Below, one piece after another: positions 52,934 through 64,000 of a stretch of DNA of 64,000 nt (its first letter is position 1; every line of letters starts with the position of its first letter). Both the position numbers and the translations under genes were made by a program. This DNA comes from Eledone cirrhosa. Taxonomy: Eukaryota. Below the pieces are notes generated by a model. It ran no database searches, had not been told where the DNA came from, and saw only the letters and a program-made list of their open reading frames with translations. The stretch covers positions 236,654,001 through 236,718,000 of the forward strand of contig OZ024741.1 in assembly GCA_964016885.1 (NCBI GenBank), read 5' to 3'.

Positions 52934-55125
52934 AGTTTGTGAAACGGAAATGCGGGTATAAAGAATTTATTAGGTAACAATTGTTTCTATAGTGTATGGG
53001 TTACCTATACCTCGCTATTTGAATAATATAAAAATATTATCATAAACCGAAGGTACACTGCAAGCAAACACACCATGTCGTCAGACCTTTGTATTGGAAT
53101 GATATGAAAATATTTTATACACTAGATAAAAGAGAAAGAAGGAGGTAGGAAGAGAAGGGGAAGAGGGAAGTGAGTAAGGGGGAGGGAGTCCTAGGATTTA
53201 AGATTGTCAGACTAGTAGAGATTGTAAGGAGAGAATGTTTTGGCAGCAGTTAGCTTAATGAGGCGTGTTAGGGTTGGCGGGGGAAGTAAATTCTTCTAGT
53301 GGTGTTGTTCGGACAAAATTTAGTTAAAGGGGTCAAAGTGGTACAGAGTTACAGACAAGTTATTGGGGCTATTATAGTAGCAGGTTATTTCTAATGGGGT
53401 CCAGAAAACAGTGTTTAGTACTATTATTATAGAAAGCCATATCTTGTGTATAAACATATAAAACAGAAATTTGCAAACGGTGGTGTAAAAAGGTAACATT
53501 ATATGCATTTAAAAAAAGAAAAAGTCGTTTTCAAACGATGGTTACAGTATAGTGAACGTTCAATTTTGCTGTTCAAAAGATTGTTTACCGACGTTAAAAT
53601 GCAGTATATCTCCAAATTGCATAATTTGCAGAATCGATGATTTTGCTTATATGCAGGCGCAGCTGTAATCATTTGCCAATCAAGGGAGAATGCTTGATTG
53701 TTCCTCCGGAGCTGCCAGGCTTTATCGGCGAGGGTTGTTACGGAGCGCATTTTCTCGTGCTTGATCGAAGATCGATGTTGGTATAGGCGAGCTTTGAAAG
53801 AAGTTGCGGTACATCCGACGTAATACCATTTGTTGGTTCCGGAATTTATTGTACATCGGTAGACAATATTGCGTGCTAGGTACTGGTTATTCAGTGGGCA
53901 CGTACCTGGTTTGGTGCAGTTACAATTATTTTTATGTTTTGCAGTAGAATCCTGGATAGTTTGGTGGGGTTGTAGTTGCGTGTTAGTGCGTTGTATGTTG
54001 CTATGCTGGTGCGCTGAGTCATTAGGGATGTATTTATTTAGTATTGCTGAGTTGAGTTTTTTAATTAGTTGCTCTATGTTAGGTGCAGTGGAGTATGGGA
54101 GTCTAATGGTGCGCGAGTTAAAGATTTTATAGTATTTATGTGAAGTTGTAAGTGTTTATTGATTAGTGTATAGAATTGTGAGATAATCTTAGTGCTAATA
54201 GAAATATTGTACACGGGGTTATACCATATGTACTCTCTACGTCTGACTCTATTTGCTGGTTTGCACCTATTAGTATGCCTATTGATGTGTGTGTGTGGTG
54301 CAATACTAGTTCGACTTAGATGTGTTTTATTCATAGTACTTATGTGGTTATCGTCTAGATATTCTATTTTCTCGCAGTAACCAGCTTTTCTAAGTGCGTC
54401 ATTATAATATTCAGCATGCTCGTTGAAGGTCTGCAAATTAGACGACAGTCGGGAGATCCTTATGGATATATTTTTAGGGATAGATTTAATAATGGAATGG
54501 GGATGGTTCGATTTTACATTAACGTACTTGAGATTTTCATTAAGTTTGTGAAATGGCTCTATATTACCGTTATTAAGGTTGAAGGTGACATCCAAGAAGT
54601 TGACCACCTTAAGATTGTGTTCGAAGGTAATATTAAGCCCTAGTTCTAAGAAAAGTTTCCTAATGTTTTTACGTCGCCTTTCTAGGTTTTGTTTGTTCAT
54701 ATTCTTGACTAATAGAAGTGTATCGTCGCGGTATATTCCGCCGTGGAGGTCCGTAAATTCGCTCTGGAGTCTGTGGGCTATATAGATCCCAACCATATCC
54801 GTGACCTCCGCCGAATCATTAGAACCCATCGTAATGTCGAATTCCGAGGGTCTATCTCTGCGGACCCAATAACTATTTTCAAAATGCACTACTGTGCGTC
54901 TAGCTTCAAGTATAATATTAATTTCCTCGTTTGTGAGGTCCGAGTTAGTCTTAGCGAAGGAGAGGGCCTTATGCAGGGTTTCGGGTGAAATAGAGGAATA
55001 GTATTCATCTATATCGAATTGAATAAAAGAAGATTTGTTTTTGTCCCTAATGTTATTCTCCATATTTTCTCCGGATTTTAAAACACACTTTATTATACGT
55101 TGAGCAATCTCCGACGTCGGTTGAC
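52930..55125 (-). mobile_element. Penelope-like element (YRDD-type RT, probably Nematis clade), 5'-truncated, with GIY-YIG and 3' pLTR
   Basis: FIQFDIDEYYSSI, FDITMGSNDSAEV, GIYRDDTL, VNFLDVTFNL; CNCTKPGTCPL, NIVYRC..YYVGCT..FKARL..H, CKLCNLE. Confidence 0.93.
52972..53088 (-). ncRNA. HHR in the 3' pLTR of the PLE
   Basis: aggt CTGACGA catggtgt...acactata GAAAC aatt GTT acct aataaa. Confidence 0.75.
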
Positions 55126-55180
55126 TCCATCCAATGCAACTACTTAGTAACATTGGAATACAAATTTACTAATTATATAA

Positions 55181-56417
<1,237 letters not shown>

Positions 56418-56454
56418 AGAATAGGATTGGTTGTGTAGTTGGTAGTTAAGTTAG

Positions 56455-56790
56455 GTTTTAAAATGGAATGAGAATAAGAAAGCAAGAACGGGGGAGGGAG
56501 AGTTTTCCTTGGATTTTCTTATCTTAAGTTGCTCGCACCTTCCCTGGTTTGTTGTTGCTTTTTTCGCTGTTTTCTCCTTTCTTCCCTCTTTCCCTTTTCC
56601 CTTCTATTTTGCTTCCCTCCCTCCTCCGTTTCCGTTTTCCCAATAACTTATCGAGTTATTGAACGCTCTGGGGGTAGATATATTGTCTTTAAAGCGTTGA
56701 AATATCCGAGAGGCCCAGTAGACAACTGTTGAGGACTCCCCCTCCCTCCCTCGCCCCGTTCGTGCTTTCTTATTCTCATTCCATTTTTAA
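56455..56790 (+). repeat. Dispersed pLTR-like structured element with ~45-bp inverted terminus; reverse copy at 16300-16500
   Basis: caataact..agttattg and aacgct..agcgtt hairpins, then gaaatatccgaga, shared by both copies. Confidence 0.7.
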
Positions 56791-56805
56791 TCCTATATAT
56801 ATATA

Positions 56806-58023
56806 GTTTTAATATAGATGAGATTCTACAGGACTAGAACTGTTTCATTCTTTAGAAATCATTAGGAATCTGGCTGTCCAAAATAAACGTTGTGGTATTT
56901 ATATCTTTTCAGGTGGTAGGAGAGGGTGGGGATGGGATGGGTGGAGGTCATTGGTTGAAAGAAAAAGGAATTCATTAAAAGCTAATTCTTTAAGGCTATA
57001 ATTTATATTTTATATTTTATATTTTATATTTTATAAATTACCTTTTAGCACTCTCTGTGCCCCTTATAACCACCATCAAGAAGCTATGCTGACCAAACTC
57101 GACCTTGATCTCTCCATGAAGAACATCCCCATCCCTCCAAGGAAACTATACCTAAAAACACTCATCAGACGTACCGACGAGTTCATCAAGCGAATTAGGT
57201 GGAGAGCCTTTTTCCTCGACAACCCTGATGTAGCATCTACCAATGATGAGAAGTTCGGCTTCAAAACGAATAAGGCACCACCCACCAACAGCCTACTTCA
57301 ACCATTTGAAGAAGACCTCTTCAAGGTGATCAAAGATATCAAATTTCGTAGAGCCACCACACCATTCCAGGCCTACTTAAATACTGAATTGCAGAATATA
57401 CAACAATCCCCTAATCTTCATATCTCCTCCGATAAAACCAAAAACGTTTATGAGGTAGACCCACAGACCTACAATAAGCTGGCCAAAAATGCCATCACGA
57501 CCACCTACAAAAAGGTAATAGAGATGGCATTGACTGAGACAAACGCGGCCGGAAAAGAAATCGCCAAGTCCCTTAAATTACATAACCGAACCGAACCTTT
57601 AAGGGTAAAGACCCCGCACTTTACCGTGAAGGACCATAAGGGAAACTTCCTCAACAAACCATCAGTCAGACTTATCAACCCCACTCGTTCAGACATCGGC
57701 TCTATCAGTAAGAAGATCCTGGATAGAGTTCTACCATCATTGCGGGCTGCCTCACCACTCCCACTCTGGAGCAGAACATCTGAGGCAATATCTTGGTTCC
57801 AAGAATTACCCGACATGTATGTATGTATATGTGTGTGTATGTGTATATATGTGTGTGTGTGTATGTGTGTATATATATGTATGTATATATATATATATAT
57901 TTATGTGTATATATATGTATATATATGTGTGTGTATGTGTATATATATGTGTGTGTATGTATATATATATGTGTATATATATATATGTATATATATTTAT
58001 ATATATATATGAATATATATATA

Positions 58024-58072
<49 letters not shown>

Positions 58073-58075
58073 ATC

Positions 58076-58128
<53 letters not shown>

Positions 58129-58195
58129 GTATGTGTATATATATGTGTGTATGTGTGTGTGTATATATATATATATATGTGTATATATGTGTGTA

Positions 58196-58237
<42 letters not shown>

Positions 58238-58875
58238 AGGTCACCAGTTGGTGCTACTGGTAACATGTATCCCAGTACAACCTGTCTCATGGTCGGGTCG
58301 TTGGCGACTAAACTGGCAACCCCACCAAGGTTTCTTGGTGAGGAGGGTGACTTTGGACATCCTGCAGGACTAAAAACAAAACCTGTCAAAGGGCAAAGGA
58401 GCTCTTAAGAGTCAATGGCCATCCAAAATCACCGGGAGAGATGACCCCTTAGCCTTTGTCAAGGCAGAATTCTAGGAGAAGGAAAACTCTGATATAACAC
58501 CTGCAACCCTGATGGTATCCAATGATGTTGACTTGTTCTTCTTTTTGGTAAATATCATCTTGGTTAAGAGAGTGGGACTGGCTTTGTGCAGTGCCTTTGC
58601 TCACTATAAAAGCTTCACGGCACAGGCATTGCTTTATATCTGGAGATCTCTCTGCACTTGTCCTCACATGGGCCCAGCACTATGTGTCAATAATTGTCCT
58701 ACCATGGGCCCAGCACTATGTGTCAATAATTGTCACAGGTGTAGTGTTTGTACCAGAGGTTTCAAGTCGCTGGCTGGACTAAAAAGTCACACTCGTTCAG
58801 CGCTTCGGTAGGGGTTATCCTACATGGATGTAAAGTAGTGGCCGTACTCGAAAACGAGTTGGCAGCCACCATATA

Positions 58876-58928
<53 letters not shown>

Positions 58929-59041
58929 GTATGTGTATATGTATATATATGTATGTGTATATGTATATATATATATGTGTGTATATGTATATATATATAT
59001 ATATATGTGTGTGTATATATATGTGTATATATGTATATATG

Positions 59042-59078
<37 letters not shown>

Positions 59079-59161
59079 GTATGTATATTTATGTATTTAT
59101 TATATGTGTTTATATGTGTATATGTGTAGATGTGTTTGTAAATGTTTGTATAGATGTATAT

Positions 59162-59256
<95 letters not shown>

Positions 59257-59829
59257 TGTCTGTTGACACCTGAAATATAGCTGAAGAGAAACATGACAAT
59301 AATGATAGGCACCCAATATTTGAACTGGTTTATAGAATTCTCTTGGCCTTTGTCACTCTAAGAAGAGCTTTAAAGAATTAGCTTTTCAAGAATTTCTCTT
59401 TTCTTTAAATCCATCAACCATGACCAACCCCCAACCATCTTATAGACACCTGAAATATAGGCATTGTTAGCTCAAGAGAAACTTACAAATAAGAGGTGGC
59501 ACCCCAACTTGAAATTGTTTATAGAATTCTTTCTGCCTTTGTCACTCTAAGTATAAATTATAGCCTTAAAGAATTAGCTTTTAATGAATTCCCTTTTCTT
59601 TCAACCAATGACCTCCACCCATCCCACTCCCCACCCTCTCCTACCACCTGAAAAGATATAAATACCACAACATTTATTTTGGACAGCTAGATTCCTGATG
59701 ATTTCTAAAGAATGAAACAGTTCTAGTCCTGTAGAATCTCATCTGTATTAAAACTTTTATACTCTGCTAAATATTGATTACCTTCGTATTGAGTTACCTC
59801 CGATTCAACCCGGAATAACTTACCTTATA

Positions 59830-59830
<1 letters not shown>
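56806..59830 (+). mobile_element. PLE remnant: inverted pLTRs (56806-57005 / 59553-59756) flanking an N-terminal ORF fragment
   Basis: 57086-57815 encodes SMKNIPIP, IKRIRWRAFF, SDKTKNVY, KDHKGNFLNKPSVRLINP; HHR CTGATGA tttctaaagaat GAAAC agttcta GTC. Family fragment at 41012-41125. Confidence 0.85.
58235..58870 (+). mobile_element. Full-length (~635 bp) bipartite RTE-derived non-autonomous retroposon
   Basis: RTE-like 5' part (ctaggagaaggaaaactctga) plus 3' C2H2-like remnant [17 protein letters not shown]; lies within (TA)n. Confidence 0.75.
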
Positions 59831-59928
<98 letters not shown>

Positions 59929-60107
59929 AAGAGAGTGTGGTAAGACACCAGGTGGACCATAACGCACGAGAGTACTCAATACTAAGGGTAGTCGAGTGGG
60001 TAATATGAAAATTCAGGACTCCGACGGCTGAGTTGATTCTTATCCTACATAATACATATATATATGGATTGAGGAAGGCGAGGGTGTGTGGTTACTGATA
60101 ACGAGTG

Positions 60108-60194
<87 letters not shown>

Positions 60195-60237
60195 AAATAA
60201 ATCAAAGAACGCCTACATACTCATACAATTTTTATTT

Positions 60238-60282
60238 GCTGACAATGTTTCATCCATACCATGGGGCAGGAATCATCAGAGC
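60238..60282 (-). ncRNA. Minimal HHR motif
   Basis: gct CTGATGA ttcc...ggat GAAAC att GTC agc aaataaa. Confidence 0.72.
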
Positions 60283-61170
60283 TTTATAAACAAAAATACA
60301 GTGCTGAGTGCTCTACCAAGCTTCGTCACATGAACATTAGAAATATGATAGAGGGTAACAAGAGGCAGATCGGAAATGGCGAGTATGGAGAGAGTGCATA
60401 TATATATATATTCATTAATTATGGCTATTGGTGAGCTTTGTTACTCTAAAGTTTCACCTGCGCACTCACATGATCACCAGTCTTGTCTGGGGAGTATGCA
60501 AGTGAGACTCCAGAGTAACAAGGCTTAGCCATAATAAGTGAATATTTAAACATTACTTCGGTATTAAGTTTTCGTTCTTACGACCTTCAATAATTCACGT
60601 ACTATCAAGGTCTTGAATAATCGTTCCCACCCATCGTTTATTAATTTGTCAGATCCACCTTCAGCCCCGAACCCCCAACCCCCGGTTTTTATACCAGCCC
60701 CACCATCGCCACCTGCTTATTAAATTTTGATAATCTATCTCCGGCGAAATTTTAAGTGTAATTGATTCATATTGATACAGCAGCTGGAGAATTTAATAAT
60801 TATTTTATTTTACATTAAAAAACCATTATATATCACATTATATATCTACCATACAACACTCTCTTTCATCACCTCCTACCCTAACCATCAATACCAAACT
60901 CTCCCCCTCTCTATATCTATCAATACCTATCTCTATCAATCCCCCCACTCTATTCATTACCACCAAACTCTTCCTTCTCTCTACATCAACCATACAACAT
61001 ACTCTCCCAATTTCTCCTTTATATATCACTGAACTCTCCCCCTCTCTACATCTACTACACGAAACTCTCTTCCATTCCACCTCTGTATATCAATTAGCAC
61101 CAACTCTCCCTCTCTCTATATCTAATACACAGAACTCTCTTCCAATCCACCTCTCTATATCAATTACCAC

Positions 61171-64000
61171 TTGATATAGACGTGAATTACTTCGCTCCGG
61201 ATTTTTACGGGTTATTGTCAAAAAAACTGTGAGTTCATTGCTCAATTTAATAGCATTGTTTAGTTAACCCCTTGCCTGGGCCGTCAGACGTTGAGTCAAC
61301 TAATTTTCGCCGCTTTCTGGGGCGAAATTTTCATTTTCATCTCAAAACTGTGTCGACTTGGTAGTCAGCAATGGATGCCATTTCAACCTCGCACACTGTC
61401 GTGAATGCCAGGCCCACTAAGAAAAGTGATGGAGGGAAGGTAGAAGTACAAAGCTTGCAGCCTTCCCCCTCGCATTATCGAAAAACGTTGAAAATATTGA
61501 AACCACGAAACCAAACCCGGTAAATAATACCAGCACCAACAACAAGAACAATGACAATAACACCACAACCAACAACTGCAACAATAGCAACACCAAGGAA
61601 AACATGAACAATATTACCAACAGTGACAACAACAGCAGCAACAAAAAAGACAACAACACCAAAACAACGTTCGCACAGACTGTAAAAAAAAACGAACTAT
61701 ACACGCCAATTGACATAACAAATGCTAAACAACTACTACAAGACGCAAAACAATTCGTGACTTTTGGCGAAAACGGTGCTTTTAGCATCAATTCTCCACA
61801 GGAATTACGTAGAGAGGCTGTCCTGAAAACTGTAGTTTTCAGGACAATATCGAACGAAACAAGAAAACCAGCTCAATTATCACAAAATGAAGTTGAGCTG
61901 ATTCTAAAAGATGCAATGAAGGACATAACCTTCATACAAAAAGGTAAACTGTTTGGTAGCATTTCGGTGCTAATGAACAACCAGTTAACAGCACAAAAAT
62001 ACTCGGTATCACCCATTGTGTCCCCCCGCTTCACCTTTTTCCCCACATACAGGGGAAAAAGGACACAAAGAATAAAAATAATGAGTATCACACCAAATAT
62101 AAATATTTGGTGGATACTATGTTAAATCATTGACTTTGATGAAGACAAGATAATTTCAATAGGAAAGTCCTCCGGAGGTGTATTTGGTGGGACCAGCGTA
62201 GAAGTTCTGGTGCAAATGAGCCCAGAACGAATAGCGAATATCCCACAACGCGTGCCTCTGGACGGGCTAACTTATATAAACATTTCAGTGGAGAGAAGGC
62301 GGCCGTCATGTTACCACTGCTTAAGCAGGGGTCACCTGAGGGCTGCCTGTCCTCAATTAACGAGTAAAAAAAAAAAGGCTCTTCTGCCAACCCCGAACAC
62401 AACAACACAACCACCACCACCACCTCCACCACTACCACCACCACCACCACCACCACCACCACCACCACCACCACCACAACAACAACAACAACAACAACAA
62501 CAACACGGAAAAATAACAACACAAAACACTGTTCCACCCAACCCCTCTCCACCTAAAACAAATACAAAAGCAACGACAACAAAACCCCAAAATATACCCC
62601 TCCCCAACAACACGGAAGAGGACTCCGTATCAACGTCACCCAGTGACGACGAGGGAGAACCCTTTCAACAGGTGAAAAGGGAAAAAAAGGCACTACATTA
62701 ACAAAAATGCCACAAACACACAGCCACCAGCACAAACAGAACAAACATCACAAACAAAAAACCCCACCCCTCCCCAAAACATAACACATACTACAAAACG
62801 CAAACACGCACAAGAACAACAACAAAAACAAACACAACACAACAAAAACTCTATACATACATTAACAAGAACAATAAAACTTTGATGAAAGCAATAGAAA
62901 ATAACCCTTCGGTGGAAACCGAAGGGATCACTTTCACCTACGCAGCGAACAAACCGCACCTAATGATGATTAGGGTCCCAACGGAAACCTATGTAACTTT
63001 GAAAAAGAACCACCCAATGCATGTGGGGACCAACTGCACCAAACCACTTAACCACGTCCTATTGAGATGTTTCCCCACCCCCACACCAGACACCCACACC
63101 CCACCAAACACCCTAATCCCACCACACACTGATGTCCTCACCCCACCACAAACCACCACCCCACCAAACAACCCTTCCAACACCCCCATGGAAATTGTGC
63201 AGCCTGGTCCCCAGGAGACGAAGAGGTAAGTAATTTCCTTTCCTCTTCCTTTTTAACTCTTCCGCACCAACATGGCCAATATAAGAGTTGGATGTCCTGG
63301 AAACAGGGCAAACTCTAAAATGACCTCAGGTCGCACAGAGTGGATGTAATGGTTATTTGCGAGTCCAGGATCAGCAGCGAGCGCCAACTGGCCCCCATCT
63401 TCGACTACTTTAAGATCTACACATCTCTCTGTCAGCCGAGGGGTGGGAGTGGGGTTGTCGTTCTGCTGCGAAAATACCTGGGTCTTGCCACACAGAAGGT
63501 ACACCTGGACCCGGAGGGTCGACTGGTGGTTTTAGACGTCGGCAGTGGTGAAGGTGGAGCTTTCAGGCTGGTGGCAGCGTATGCCCCATCTGGGACACCG
63601 CGACCGGACTTCTTCCGACGCCTGGAGAATTTCCTGGGAACGTCTCGCTCCTTGCTTTTAGTGGGGGACTGGAATGGTATCCTGGATGCACGTTGGGACT
63701 ATGTAGGGGCATGTCCCGATAGAGGGGGGTGTAACAGCTTCAAACGATTAATCGGCCGATTTGATCTGGCCGATAGATATCGACTAGATTTTCCGACTGT
63801 GCCACTGTGGACGTGGACTAATCGATAGGTTCCTAGTTAGAAATAAGCATAGGGACATATTAAGCTGTCCACGAATGTTCATGGTTGACTATTCGGATCA
63901 CAAGTTGGTGACCGGAGTGGTCAACCTTGATAGAACTCATAGACAGGGACCCGGTTACTGGAAGCTAAACTTGTCTTTACCGACAAACAAAGCTTACAGT
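61171..64000 (+). mobile_element. Second Tx1 LINE copy (runs off the window)
   Basis: Highly similar to 23003-25830 with the same 5' junction; independent frameshifts and small deletions. Confidence 0.93.

Noticed and set aside
53500-55153. Naiad-type selenoprotein PLE
   Set aside because: GIY-YIG is C-terminal and I saw no conserved in-frame TGA at Cys positions or SECIS.
57815-59316. YI/CV/HT-repeat ORFs here and at 14762-15325, 18888-19226, 34610-34990 and 43921-44228
   Set aside because: Stop-free dinucleotide repeats, not genes.

Overview
Eukaryotic, AT-rich, microsatellite-dense DNA made almost entirely of transposon remnants. The SINE repertoire resembles octopus (cephalopod) genomes; this is an inference from recalled families. 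No intact host gene is recognisable. Contents: two Tx1-clade LINE copies in the same minisatellite site, Penelope-like elements (PLEs) of two types, CRE-like RLE retrotransposons, RTE LINEs with (AAG)n tails, RTE-derived non-autonomous elements, tRNA-derived SINEs including a 6-unit tandem array, a Gypsy remnant and a solo LTR, mariner, hAT and Merlin DNA transposons, and a non-autonomous Helitron. The most striking signal is more than 10 minimal hammerhead-ribozyme (HHR) motifs (CTGAnGA-stem-GAAAY-loop-NTH). They occur as small tail-out palindromes in (TA)n and as ~600-bp tandem dimers, one carrying a compensatory U3-A8 core. An old segmental duplication (~21.8-23 kb versus 52.1-61.2 kb) shows a short microsatellite that grew into ~8 kb of nested PLE material, and carries a candidate conserved micro-ORF or exon. 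All calls were made by eye and most boundaries are approximate.
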